Shown piece by piece: positions 38,481 through 51,453 of a stretch of DNA of 64,000 bases. A program made the position numbers and the translations under genes. How positions within the stretch are numbered: position 1 is the stretch's first letter; every line of letters starts with the position of its first letter. Source of the DNA: the human T2T-CHM13v2.0 reference genome, Homo sapiens; NCBI RefSeq assembly GCF_009914755.1, contig NC_060944.1. One strand, written 5' to 3'. Below the pieces are notes generated by a model. The model saw nothing but the letters and a program-made list of their open reading frames with translations. It was not told where the DNA came from and did no database searches.

Positions 38481-39279
38481 CAGTTTGAGCCTTAGCTATG
38501 CCTACTCTAGAATTCAGGCCTCCTGGCCAGGTCTGAGGAAGCACCCACGATGGATCTATCTGCATGGGACATCCTAAAGGAAGAGATGATTATATAAAAT
38601 TTCATGCAAGAACAAGAGGCAGTGTCAGATGTCAGCATTTTAGACAACAGTCTGCCACCCATGAACTCTGGTCCATTCTCTTCAACTTGAGTAGCAGTGT
38701 TGTGCAGGGGCTATGATTTTGCTAAGGCACCCAGAGTGTGAAGTAACTTTGTTCTGTGGTCTATGTAACCAAGCACACAGAGCCCTTTCTTCGTGTGGGG
38801 TACAGTGGAAGCATAGCACTGATGTAATTCCCTGAGCTGTGCTCTGGGAGAGCTACATCTGGAGAAGAAAAGAAAAAGGAGAGGGCTTAGGTACCTGTCT
38901 ATGCAGGCATTGTTGGGATATAAGGCAGAATCTCCAGGAAACATGGAGCAGTACTTGTGGATTGTGAAGGAGCAATGGAAAGAGTAGATTCCACCTCCTG
39001 CTTGAGAGCTTATGAGACTCTCCCTGAGGACCCCCAGAACTACTTGTGCAGAGTTTGGAAGAACTGGGAAGAACTAAAGGAAGGCATGTTTTATTAATAT
39101 CCAGAATGTAGTTCTCAAAAAAAAAAAGTTTCATGTCTATCAATGCTTTCTAAGATTGTATTAGGTTTTATTTTTAACTACTATATTTTGGTTCTTATGG
39201 AATAATATTAACTCCATTAACCATGAAAGTCTTTATTTGTATGATTAGACATGAAGTCTGTTATGGCTATTGTACCTTA

Positions 39280-39880
39280 ATATAAATTACCTGATCTCAG
39301 TCACACATCTTACATTGGCCTCTCGTAAATCTAGTTGATTTTAGCCAGTTATTCCAATTTATGAAGGATATTTTGACTCATGATTCTACCAGAAAACATT
39401 TTAGTTCTCTTCCAGCTTTTATAGTTTATAAATCTAATGAATATACTTATCAATCTGTGTATTATTTCTTGATATAAAATACAAGAGACCTCAGCTTAGA
39501 GCCAAATTTCATCAAGCCCAGATAACATCAGCCAAACTTCAGCAAACCGATAGTGAGTGAGAAACATAATTTTTTTCTCACTAAAAATGTCTTGTAATAG
39601 TCAAAGGTCAATGTCAGAGACCTGACACATCCTCAGCCAGTTTCACGCAGGTTGTCACTAAACCTCTTCCCAGTATGTTGTGATTGTTCAACACACTATA
39701 CTTTCATGTACCTGTGATATCACCTGGCCCAGATTTCCCTAAATCCTCCATAATTATATTGTGCATAATGTTGTCAAATACCTTGCAGAAATCAAGATGC
39801 ATTGCCTTTAGATAGAACTCTCTTAAAAATACTAGATTTGTTTTTGTTTGGAATGACTGATTTTTTGCCAACTGAGTTTC
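39280..39880 (-). mobile_element. L3/CR1 LINE relic (RT region)
   Basis: minus strand of 39773-39799 reads HLDFCKVFD, close to the CR1 RT motif YLDFSKAFD; boundaries uncertain. Confidence 0.5.
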
Positions 39881-40164
39881 AACGGCAGCATGTGTAGGGC
39901 TTATATTTCAAATTTCAAAGTCAAGACTTATCTAATTTTTCTTTGCCAACATGGAGACAGGTGTTATGGAAGACACACTTTGGAAATAGTGTGGATAATA
40001 CCCTTTAGGAATTTGCTGCCCTTAAGAGAAGTTGGCATAGACACAAAAGTGTGAAATGTCCTGTAGAAAGGTACAGATCCTGTGCTTTGGGAATTAAGAT
40101 GGTGGAGAGATCATCTTCTGCATGATTCATCAGAGTAACCTTCCTTTCAGAAGTTGTAATTAAG

Positions 40165-40174
40165 CTGTCTCTGG

Positions 40175-40220
<46 letters not shown>

Positions 40221-40640
40221 GTTTGGGTTTTCCCAGAAGTAGACTCTGAAATAAGGAGTCAAACACCAGTAGAGAGGTAGAAAAGTGAGACAAAGAAGGG
40301 AGAACAGTCAGTGAGGTTCACATATGAAGAAAGTTACCACAGTGGGCAACTTAAGTCCTTATGGGAAGCCCTGGGAAGGGTTGTTGAGCAAGCACTTTAG
40401 ATGAATTTTCTCCAAAGGATGAGAAAGCTGCGGTTTTTATGCATTATTCCTGACACCCATAGGTTGAGGCTGCTCCTGGGGGAGGAGGGCGTTAATTCTC
40501 TGGCATTTTCTGCTTGCCTGTGCAAGGTCAGAATTGGTTTCCTTGGCCAGAGAAAGGCCACAGACAAAGAGAGGCCAAGTGCTGACACGTTGGAAGTTAA
40601 GCCAGTGAGTGTGAAATGGCAAAGATGAAGCAGAGCTTCA
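40165..40640. mobile_element. MLT1-type LTR containing (TG)n at ~40176-40218
   Basis: gttagtttgggttttcccagaagtagactctgaaataagg...aagttaccacagtgggcaact. Confidence 0.6.
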
Positions 40641-40646
40641 CACATA

Positions 40647-40660
40647 GTGTGTGCTTATGT

Positions 40661-40694
<34 letters not shown>
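40647..40694 (+). repeat. (TG)n microsatellite, imperfect
   Basis: seen directly. Confidence 0.9.
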
Positions 40695-42139
40695 ACATGA
40701 AAATGAAGATATCCAAAGAAGGAGAAGATCTTCCAAGCTGAGAGAACAATAATTTATCAGGAGCAAAGTATACATGAAATGATTTAAGAGAAATTAGATG
40801 ATAAGGATGCATCAAAATCCACATTGCCTGGATAACGAAATGTATCTAACATTCCTTAATTCCACAATGGGATTAGGAATTGTCGATATCCTCCTGGCAG
40901 GCCTGGCAAAATGCTGATTGTTTCTAATTAAAATGAAATAATAAAATAATGAAGCTAGAATTTGCGAGGCACACCAGAATTTTCCATCCATACCCTCAAC
41001 CTGTACTGAATTCTGAGCTGTCAATTTGGCAAGAGAGAACGCCCAGCTCCTTGGAAGGCATTTTGTTTTCCTCTTAAACTCATCAGGAAAGGTAAGAGTA
41101 CTCTGGGTAAAGAAGGCAACCTGGTTATGTTATCTTAAATATGGATTCCTACTGCCTTCTGTTACTCGTACCTTTTTTTCACTTAAGCATGCTATACAGT
41201 ATGCTCTAGAATCTAGAGTTTAGAATATAAAGTCTAGATCCAATAACCTATTTGTTGTTTGATAGTAATTAAAAAGCATTGCCCTTATAAGACATTACAC
41301 AGTGTTAAAAGTCCTTTTCTACTTAGAGAATACTAGTTTTATTTTCTTTGCAATTACAGTTCTGCATATTTATATATTCTTTCAAAATGTTATTCAAAAC
41401 TAGATTTTTTTCTATATGAGAATCAGAATTTATACTCCACTGATAAAACATAGATTCTGACTGTATTTCTCTGAAAGTGCTTTCATATAAAGCTTTTGGT
41501 TTAGAATGATCCATAATGTATGGCAAATTCGGTGGTTATTTGACAGAATTGGAGCTTAGGATACTGCAAGGCTGGAGCGATGCAGTGAGCCAGGAAGTGT
41601 CCCCTGGGAACAGAAGGTAGTGGTAGTACAGCAGCTAGTAATTTTTTTTTTTAATCTGATATCTTCTGAAAGAAAAAAAGCACTTCTTCTATCATCTTCA
41701 AGACAACACTAATAGCCTTAGAGCTGCTGATTCTTTAGGCAGTAAAACACATTTTTTTTTTCCTTCAACACACACATTCATCTTGTCTATGGCTCTTTGG
41801 AGACATCTCAACTTTGACATCATCTTTTCTCCATCGTATTTCCAGATCACCCTCTCTGGGCAGTAGATTGTTCTGTCTAAATATAAGTTTCATCATGTTA
41901 TGACCATCACTCACCTTAAGACCTTCACCCCCCCTTTCAGAAAAGTTATCTATATTCTATTTTAATGAATCATGTTGTTCTTAAAATAGTTTATTTTTTT
42001 AAATCCAGAGTTAAATTAGGAAAATATGTAATATAGAGAGTTTTTTATATTAAACTTATTGAATTTAAAGGACTTCATGTTATTCTGGGGTTATTATTTT
42101 TTGTTTTAAAATTTGCAAGTATATTCTCTTTATTAAATG

Positions 42140-42480
42140 ACTGTATATTAGGAGAGGCTTTATCAGGTGCAGAAATAAACCCCCAAATCTCAAAAGCTTA
42201 ACATGAAAGTTGATCTCTCATTCACTCAAAGACTGCTGCTGGTCTAGAGGAATTTTCAGGAATCATTTTTCCAAGCAGTAATGAAAGATTTTAGACTACT
42301 TGCCTACCCATTTTAGCAATGCCATCTGAAACATGTGGCCCCCCAGGGTCACTATGAAAAGAGCTGGAAAATACACTGGAACTTATCTCTGCCTTAGCAC
42401 TAAAGTGATCCACATCCCAGACTACTGGCCACAACAAGTCTTGTGGCCCAAGGTAAAGTCAAGGAGTGAAAAGTGTAGTT
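42140..42480. mobile_element. MLT1K/L-type LTR fragment
   Basis: aaataaacccccaaatctcaaaagcttaacatgaaagttgatctctcattcac...ctggccacaacaagtcttgtggccc. Confidence 0.55.
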
Positions 42481-42988
42481 TTTAAGTTTAAGTTAAGTCC
42501 AGGAAGGGATGCTTGAGATATAAAATAGTTTTCACTGGGAATTTCTGCTACAGAGATTTGTTCCTTAATGCCATGTTATGATAACAGAAAAAAAATTAAC
42601 ACCCTATGTGAGCACCCCACTCATTTGGGGATAATTTCTTGGTGCATGAAATGCCAAAATTTGGTAACTACCAATGCATTCTGTAAAATATAAACATCAC
42701 AGCCAGAACCATCACATGGTTCTTCAAGCTCTGACCTGGCCAATATCTCCAGGCTTATCTATGGACACCCCCAACATGAATCATACTTCCTAGTTTGTGT
42801 CATTGCAGTTTACTAACATATGCCCATGTTCCAGTCATGCCCTACACCTTGTTCCATTTTCCCTTTAAGTCTCTTATTGAACATCTCCTGGTTGGGGATG
42901 CCATGCCTGATTCTTTCAGACACAGCCAATGCATTCATATCCTCCTGTAAACATGGATGCCCCTTTAGATCTTTGTGGGTGTGTGTGG

Positions 42989-43534
42989 ATGAGAAAATAA
43001 CTTTACTTCATTTTGGTGAATGGGAAGATGTCCATAGTCAGAACTTCTGAAATTGTTTCTTGGTGTTGGACACTTTGGTGACCTTGAGCATGTTGAAGTG
43101 TACAGTCTTGCTCAGGGGCTGGTACTCACCCACTGTGACAATGTCACCGATCTGGATGTCCCTGAGTGGGAGAATAGGTACACAGGCATATTCTCATGGC
43201 ACTTCTCAACACAATTATACTTGGACATGTAGTGCACACAGTCTGGGCAGATGACAATGGTTCTCTGACTCTTCATTTTGTTCACCATGCCAAACAGAAT
43301 CCTCTCTCAAATGGAGATGTTACCAGTGAAGGGAAATTTCTTGTCAGTCTAGGTGCCCTCAGTGTCCTTTTTGGGTGTCTTGAAGCCCAGACCAATGTTC
43401 TTTTACTACCGCGGGAGCTTCTCCTTCCCAGTTTCTCTCAGCAGGACTTTTTTTGTTTTGAAAGATGGTTGGCTGTTTTTGATAGCCTCACTCTGTCTTA
43501 AGTCTGCTATCTTTTCTGCTTCCTGAATAAAAAG
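42989..43534 (-). pseudogene. RPS11: Processed pseudogene of 40S ribosomal protein S11 (uS17), full-length mRNA copy, disabled
   Basis: minus strand encodes YQKQPTIFQNK...ETGKEKLPR**KNIGLGFKTPK...DKKFPFTGN...[28 protein letters not shown]...TKKQFQKF*; intronless; ATG mutated to ATA (43508-43510); two in-frame stops (43403-43408); TGA at 43038-43040; 5' TOP tract and 3'UTR with AGTAAA retained. Confidence 0.95.
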
Positions 43535-44934
43535 CCTACTTTAGTTCATTGTTTTGTAGACATCCTTGAATCATCAAATAGGCCATGAGTTCTTTGAGTA
43601 AAGGCGTTGAGTTTTACTCATCTCCGTAATTCCAGAATCCACCAGACTGCAGGACTTAGTGCTTGGTAAACACTGAAGGAAAACTTGGCTCTGTTGATCA
43701 AAGCTCTCCTTGTTTATATTTTAATCAGATTTTTTGAAAGGGTCTCAAAGAATGGTTAAACTCTACCAAGTCTACTGTCCCTTGGCTTATGTAGCTTCTG
43801 AAAGTCATATATTCATCAGCTCTTACCTTATTTCCTCCCCACCACCATCTTGACCTATGCAATTGGTGAGGCCACAGACCCCTAGCATGAGGCCCTGTTT
43901 TTCCCACAGCAATGGGATTTATGAAATCATTCGAACTTCTCTGTCTGGTGGGGTTTGTGTTGATGCTGCTGTGTTGCAGTGAACAGGCGAATAGGGTCCT
44001 CTTTTCAGAAATTGTACAAAGCTGTGGTAAATTTGATTTTCATTATGATCTGATGGCACAATCAAGTAGCAGTTTTCAGCTTACTGATTGTAACATGAGA
44101 GGACCACACTCATTTCCTTCAGTAAATGTTCACCAGGAATCTCTGCAAAGATGCAATGGAAGACTGAGACATAAGTAGAATTCCCTTGAGAAGTGTTCAC
44201 AGAACTTAACTTACTTGATTACATTGCATACTCACTTTTTGCAAAGCTACAATATGGATGAGGAAATGTCTTAACCTGCTGGACTCATAATAGATTACAT
44301 ACATGCTGGAGTTAGAAAGAAGATGAACGAGACAGCCTAAGGAATAAAGCTACAAGACAAATGGTCCTCTAAGCGAGGGACCACGATCAAGGAGTGAACT
44401 CACAGAAGAAAATAAATCATTGACTCATCTCCTCATGCTCCTTAACAGCTACTGGCAAGTTGGTTATTAAATGAACCTTGATAACTTTGGAAAACTAGTC
44501 AAGTACCAAGCAAGACACAATTTGTGATTCTTGGCATGGCTTGTATTACTGGCTCCCTGTGCCCGGGACAGTATTGAAAGGAGAAGTATCTATAAACAGA
44601 ATGAATAATGTGCAGCCATAATATATTCTTTGTTTATTTTTACATCAAATGTTTGGAATGTTGGCACTATTAAGAAACTCATTTAATTTTGATTCCCTTT
44701 TGAACCTGTGATGTTATAATGCAAGCCCCCGAAATGAGCCATATTCCTAGTGACGAAAATTGGGTGCTGGTGCCATAATTATACCAATGTTGGTTTTGAT
44801 AAGTCTCTTTTAATTAACAGAATCTTTGAAGTTTGCTGGCAATTTTTATTTTGTGAAAAGGCCAGTAATAATAACAGAAAGGTACCCGTTTAAAATTGTC
44901 CACCTGGTCTACTTCTTAAAGCTTTTCATCTTTG

Positions 44935-45070
44935 GATTGATTTGCACGTCATGACCAATTATGGAGGTGGGAAGATTCTATTATACTCATTTTGCAGATG
45001 AGGAAATTGAAACTGGGAGCTTTGGGGACTTGCCGGAGCAGGTGAGAATGACTCTCACACCGAGACTCCT
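44935..45070 (-). mobile_element. MIR SINE fragment
   Basis: ctattatactcattttgcagatgaggaaattgaaactggg. Confidence 0.65.
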
Positions 45071-45096
45071 AGAGACATCCCGCTCCCTGATAATCA

Positions 45097-45317
45097 CAGT
45101 GGTTCAGTTCTCAGAACACGGGCTTTCCTTACCTTGCCACTATTGACACTTGGAGCCAGATAATTCTTGGTTGTGAGGATCTGTCCTGTGTGTTGTAGTA
45201 TGTTTTGTAACATCTTTCCTTTGCCTACAAGGTGCCAGTAGCAATCCCCCTAGTTATGTCTCCAAACATTGCCTAAAATCTCCAGGAGGACAACATCATC
45301 TGATTGAAAACCACTTG
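45097..45317. mobile_element. MER20 hAT-Charlie DNA transposon
   Basis: cactattgacacttggagccagataattcttggttgtgagg...tgtcctgtgtgttgtag...atgtctccaaacattgcc...gaaaaccact. Confidence 0.8.
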
Positions 45318-46179
45318 ACTAATGGAATCGGGCTCCATGACAAACGGCTTCTCCCGTTTACCTGGTTTACTCTTTCCTGTCTGCGTGCCAACAGGGGCCT
45401 CAATTTTTTTTGTGTGTGTGACAAATTATAAAAAGCTACAGTGAATTTGCCTTGCACTACGTCCTGACAGCATAATCAAATAACAGTTTTCAACCTACTG
45501 CCTGCACAGCAAGAAGACAAAGTGTGTAAGGACGGGAGCCACATTTTTTTTCCTTTAATAAATCTTCGTTCAGTGAATGAAAAAGTGGATTGCTGCTGCT
45601 AACCACGAGCCAAGCAGGTTACAGACTCTACACACATTATACAGTTTCATTCCCCAACCACCTATGCATTACATATTAAAAGGCCTGTTTCTGAAAGGCA
45701 GAGTGTAGAGGATTTGTAGGGCAGTGAAAAGGTATCCATAATCAGTGATCTATTGCCAAACCTTAACAGGAAGTCACATGGCCAAGGAGAACACGGTTTG
45801 TGGAGTTCCAGCACCAGCCTCAAAGCAGAGCATGGAAGGGTAAGTTTCCAGCTCAGAGACAATTGCTTCATATTGGGCACAATTTCTTGTACTTTCTTCC
45901 AGAGTATATGGGTATTTTATTTTCTTATATTTGTTTGTTTGTTTGTTTTAATGTCGCACTATTCCCTCTTTGTCTTTTGTTGGTATTTTAAAGACTTTTC
46001 TAAATCAACCCAAATCTACTTCTTTTCTTTGTTGCAGTTTATTCCATTATCTGGATAAACAGCTCTGTAAATGAGCACCTGGCAGCTGCTGCTTCTCCTT
46101 TTCCCTCTCCTTCCCCTTCTCTTCCTTTTTTTTTTTTTTTCACTCTTTTGCTCTCTCATTCTCCTTCTCTTTCTCCATC

Positions 46180-47370
46180 ATCATGCTTTTGCATATATGA
46201 AAGTATATCTAAAAAAATCTAGAGCAATTTGGTGGGACTAAGGGCACATGTTTTAATTTTCAAACACATTACCAAATTGCCGTTTAAAAATATAGTAATC
46301 TATTTTTACCTTCAATGTTTGAATATATTTTTTATCACAATCTTACCAACATGGTATAAAAATATACTTAAAATATGTTCTTCATTTTTAAGGTAGGAAA
46401 TTATGTCACATTGCTATATTATTTTGGATTTTAAAATTTTGTATAATATTCAACATTGGTTCATTTATTGTAAATCTTTGCATTCTTTTGCTTGTTTAAA
46501 TCCTTGCTCACTTTTTCTTATTGATGTATAAAATCTTTTTACAAACTGAGGACAATTGTAATATGAATTATGAATATTTCCCTTGCTTGTTATCACCTCT
46601 CTTCTGACTTTGTTCTTTAGATATAATGTTTTTTAATTAGTGATACAGTTTGGACATTCCCTCCAACTCTCATGTTGATTGGTAATCCCCAGTGTTGGAG
46701 GTGGGGCCTAGTAGGAGGTGACTGGATCATGGAAGTGTATTTCGCATGAATGGTTTAGTACTATTCCTTTGGTGCTGTCCTTGTGACAGTGAGTGAATTC
46801 TTGTAAGATCTGATTGTTTAAAAGGGTGTGGCATCTTCTCCTTGCTCTCTCTTGCTCCTGTTCTCACCAAGTAATGTGCCTGCTCCTATCTTGCCTTCTG
46901 CCATGAGTAAAAGCTCCCTGAGGCCTCCCCAGATGCAGAGCAGATGCCAGCACCATGCTTCCTGTAGAGCTTGCAGAACTATGAGCCAATTAACCCTCTT
47001 TTCTTTACAAATTACCCAGTCTCAGATATTTCTTTATAGTGATGCAAGAATAGCCTAAAACAATTAGAAAGTTTTATACATTTCTCATTACAAATTATGT
47101 TACACATTACCAAGGTTCTTTTCTAGAACTTTCTGTTTAATTACATTAAAGAGTAATTTAATGTGCAATTTATATTGAGATAAAGAATAAGATCCAAATT
47201 TAAATTATTTTGAGAAGACAAATCAGGTTTTTCTTAAACAATACAACATAACTGATTTCAAATGTTGCCTTTGATATATGTTCAACTCCTGTGTGCATTT
47301 TGCATAATTTCTGAACTCTATTATGTTCTACTGATCAGAACATGTTATTGCCAGGATGTCATTTTAAAAA
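46180..47370 (-). mobile_element. L1ME-type fragment interrupted by an MST LTR
   Basis: agagcaatttggtgggactaagggcacatg...ccaaattgcc...ttctgaactctattatgttctactgatc. Confidence 0.55.
46641..47062 (+). mobile_element. MSTA/MSTB MaLR solo LTR with 5-bp TSD
   Basis: tgatacagtttgg...gtaatccccagtgttggaggtggggcct...gagtaaaagctccctgaggcctcccca...aattacccagtctcag...aaaaca; TSD ATTAG 46636-46640 / 47063-47067. Confidence 0.9.
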
Positions 47371-47619
47371 AAATGAATGAGTTACTAGGGGATATTTTTT
47401 TAATGCTGATTTGGATCCAAAGCCAAATGGAAAATTTTAGGAGTTTCCTCCAGTGGACTTTTTTCGAAGTGATCTTTTAAAATTTAACTTCAATAGAAAT
47501 GTGTTGATTTATCTTATAGATCTTTCACTTACTGCTTTGAAGTTTTCTCTTTGTGTAGGACATTGTCTCTGTTTAGTGGGGTTGTCAGATGGTTTACATC
47601 ATCTTCATTTGTTCCCTTA

Positions 47620-47990
47620 AGAAACATTTTTTTTTGAGCTACTACTATATCTAGGGCATTGTTCTAAATGCTAGGGATACAGCACTGAGCAATTCAGAAT
47701 AGGTCTTTGCAGTGATATTGTAGTGGGTGGAGACAGGCCCTGATTTTTTAAAATAACAGAATTCAGATGTATCAAGGGCTATGATATAAATAATCAGAGC
47801 CACAACATAGAGAGTAATTGAGGTGGGGCCAGGTGAGATAAAGTGTCAGTGAACTCTCTGAGGAGGTGATGTCTCGGTTTGATGTCTGACAGCTATAAAG
47901 GGAGTTGTCATGTTTCTGTTCTTCGGTGCAGTGTCCAGGACTGTGCTTGTCATATACTGTTTCTTGACAGATATTTACTGAATGAACCAA
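47620..47990. mobile_element. Two L2 3'-end fragments in opposite orientation
   Basis: antisense aaacatttt..gagctactactatatctagggcattgttctaaatgctagggatacagc; sense gtgtccaggactgtgcttgtcatat...atatttactgaatgaa. Confidence 0.6.
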
Positions 47991-49057
47991 TCAATCAGTG
48001 ATGGCTGGAGGTTCTGGCCTTGGCTGTGGGAAGCACTTCATGTTGCCTTTAAGCTTCTATTATGACAAGCTGTTTAGACAAGTTAAGTGGTAGGTTTTTA
48101 CTTTGGGGAGGAAAGAGATTTTTCCTCAGTCTTTATTCATTACTTATTGCAAAAGGGATTTCGCAATGACTGATTTCAACATTTCTCCCTGGGCTTCCAA
48201 ACCACCCTGGTCCTTAGCAAGCCCAAGCAAGTTTCCAAACACAGGGTTTTTCCTTCAAGCCCGACCTCCCAATCTGCCATGAGAGAGCTTTGCACATGCA
48301 CACCTGTGTGGGGCACAGCACGGAAGTGAGAAGGAAGTTGAAAACAAGCCCGGAGGACCTAGGTGATATGTTTTCAGAATGTTGCCTCTCCCAAAATATT
48401 TCCTGTGGATCAAAATGTCTTGCTTAGACATGGTATCTGTGGCTCCATTTGCAGTGGATGATACACCAGCCCCATCTTGTGCTTCTCTAAAAATCTTTCC
48501 ACTGTATAATTTTCAAAACAAAGAAATTCAGACTAGCTTAAGACACTTGCTTTTCATTGATGACTTGAGTAACAAAATATAAAATGAAAAATCAGAATGG
48601 ATGAAAAGGTGAATGTTTGTATCTTCCATCGATTGCTTCATCTACTGTCTTTTTGTTGAGGGGATTTGTTTTTAAGATTGAAAGCCATTGGCTTATTTAT
48701 TTATTTTTTTTTTGCTATGGTTTCTCTTCATGATTATTGATCTCTATTAGCATGATAATTATAAATACTTGATAAATTTCTTTCTTTGATCTGGCCTACT
48801 TGTCACTCAACAGTCTTTTAAACTCTAGATTCTTTCTTTCATTCTTGACATTTGCCATTGTCCTCCACCCTGAATGCCTCCCTGCTGTTCTCAAAAGCTG
48901 CCTAGAATCATTGAGAGAGTATATTGCGGTATCAAGTACCATGGCTTCAGGCTCCGCTGCAGCTGCCTGCTTTCTGAAAGCTCCCTTTATTCTTTGCAAC
49001 TGCACTTATCGAATTCCGCCTAACAAATGTCAGCTTTTTTCCCCTTACCTTTCATGC

Positions 49058-49060
<3 letters not shown>

Positions 49061-49099
<39 letters not shown>
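49061..49099 (+). repeat. (CA)n microsatellite
   Basis: about 19 AC units. Confidence 0.95.
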
Positions 49100-49101
<2 letters not shown>

Positions 49102-50044
49102 GTAATAAATCCTTACCTCTGCACAGTGTACATTTATACACCTTGTAATTGCCTTTCTCTGTTGGTTTTAGTCCTTTGCCCTTTTATTCTTTCCTTTTGT
49201 ACTCTGGCTTCCTCAGCTCTAGTATTCCCAGCCTTGAAATCCAAATTGCAAATGCAGAAAATATGCCCACCCATTTAGGACAAACTGAATGACTCCAATT
49301 GTAGAGGGTAGCACTGCGTCTGGTGGTACAGCTCACTAAAAGCACTCATTGCCTGGTTCATAAGAAAGTAGCAGGTCTTGTATTCAAGACTAAGAATCTG
49401 TGAACTTCAGAGCACACTGTGGAGCTTCATGGAGGTGTGCAATAAATTAATATATTGTAGTATATCTATATATAAACTATATATACAGTATAGCATATTT
49501 GTGGTAATATGTAGTATTTTTCCACCGGCCACCATATGCACCCACATGAAAAAAGCTGGAAAGTTTGTCGACTGAGTGTATGATTCTCTGCTGCTCCTCT
49601 GATATTCTTTTTGCTGGTTTTAAGTAACAGCAGTTATTAGGACCAGCCATGTTTTCCTGCATAGAATAAACACTTGATGAGAGTGGCCTTGAGGAGGTCA
49701 ATTAAAGCAGATGTAAAGATTATCCTGCCTCTATTGAGTTGAAAATAGGAGCTAAAAGAGCTCTTCACTTAACTGCAGGCCATTAGGCAAGAATTAAGGC
49801 TTTCCTTATAAGGAAACTGGAGTTATTCTGAAGTCATATTTGTTGTTTTATAGAACAATTCAAATGACCATTAAATTCTTTCAGAGCTATGAGCACCAAG
49901 GCCCCCTGAGGAATGTGAATGGACCTTTTTTTCCCCAAACCTCAAGGATTCTAGGAGCTGAATAGGACTTTAGAGACAGGACTGGATAGGGAATTCCTAA
50001 GGGCTTTTTTTAAGCCAATATTCCATGACTCTCTGACCTAACCC

Positions 50045-50222
50045 TTTGCTACTCAAAGAGTATAGTAGTCCATACACCAGGAACATCAGCATCACAGGCA
50101 CCACATGAGAATAGGTTAGAAATGCAACATCTTAGGCCTCACTTCCACCTGCTACATCAAAATTTGCATTGTAACACGATCTCCAAGTAATTCATGTGCA
50201 CATGAGAATTTGAGACACCCTG
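50045..50222. mobile_element. MER5B-like hAT DNA transposon
   Basis: tgctactcaaag...catcagcatcac...gttagaaatgca...aatttgcattgtaacacgatctccaagtaattcatgtgcacatgagaatttgaga. Confidence 0.7.
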
Positions 50223-50706
50223 ATCTACTCTAATCTCTTTTTTCCCCAAATAATAAAAATGAAATAAATTTCCCAAGGTCACTAAGTAAATTAGTAGCTA
50301 GGATAACTAAGAAAGCATTACATTAGTCAAGCTGTCCATTCTGGATAACAATCTCCTTTTTCCAGGCATCTAGTTCTTCACCTATATGTCCTGGAGTTGG
50401 CCTATGTAACCCAGGACCATCTATCTCCAGATATCTGTAGACATTCTCGAAGTCACCTCCTCCATCAGGACTTTCTGTGTTGGCAGAGACGTGCTATGTG
50501 TGCACTGACCACTTGTGCCTGTTGAGTACCTGAAATGAGGCTGGTGGGTCTGGAAAGCTGGAGGAGGAATGAGAGCTCCATCTCTAGTGCATGTTCATCA
50601 CTCAACTCTAACGTGAAAAGAGGAGTTTCAGGGCTTCTGTTTGGATAATTCTGCATGGTGGTAATAGCTTTCAGGAAGACTTCACTAGAAAAAAACTCTA
50701 GGTTAT

Positions 50707-51453
50707 TGATACAGACAGGAGACAGGGAAATATTGGGTAGAAGAGGGCAGTACCCCAGCAAACACCCCATCCTCAAGCCTGAAAACCCATGGCCCTAAAT
50801 GAGGATAGGCATTTCTGTTTTCATTGCCAAAAAGTGGCCCTTTGGCCAGCCATGCCCCCTATCCTGCACCCATATAAACCCTGAACCCCAAACTCCAGAG
50901 CAGACCAGCAAGCAGCAAGCCAGCAGACCACCAGAGAGATGGCAGAATGATGCGGCAGAGAAAGGGAGAAGAGGGTTGGTCAGAGAGGAGTCCAACTGCT
51001 GGGCGGCCCAGCTCCGGGGGAGGATCACCTACCCACTCCATCCCCCACTTCCAGATCTCCATCCATCACACTGAAAGCCTCCTCTACCACTTAATAACAC
51101 CTCACATTCATCCTTCGGGTCTGTGTGTGACCCAATTTTTCCGGGACTCTGGACAAGAACTCAGGATACAGAAAGCTGTTACACTGGCCCTCTGCTTTTG
51201 TGAAAAGACAGAGGGCCTATTGAGGTGATTAACACCCAAGCCATCTGTGGCCAACAAAGCTGAAAGAGCTTTGTAACACTGGAGTTGCAGGTACCCACTC
51301 CTAGACACTACCTGGGAGCTGGAGCTGGAGCCCGGAGAGCTCGCCTGAGCCTCTGCACCTGCCTGTCTGCATGCTCCCCTGTCCCTCAAGGGGTTTTGAG
51401 CCACACCCCTGTCGCAGGTCCTGCGAGGAGAATCAGGGAACTCTCTTGTTTTA
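50707..51453 (+). mobile_element. ERV1 solo LTR, MER50-like, with 4-bp TSD
   Basis: starts tgatacagacaggagacagggaaatattgggtagaagaggg; TATA-like catataaa ~50871; ends aatcagggaactctcttgtttta; TSD TTAT 50703-50706 / 51454-51457; family name from memory. Confidence 0.75.

Noticed and set aside
43060-43501. Plus-strand ORFs of 64 and 101 aa
   Set aside because: Antisense reading of the RPS11 pseudogene
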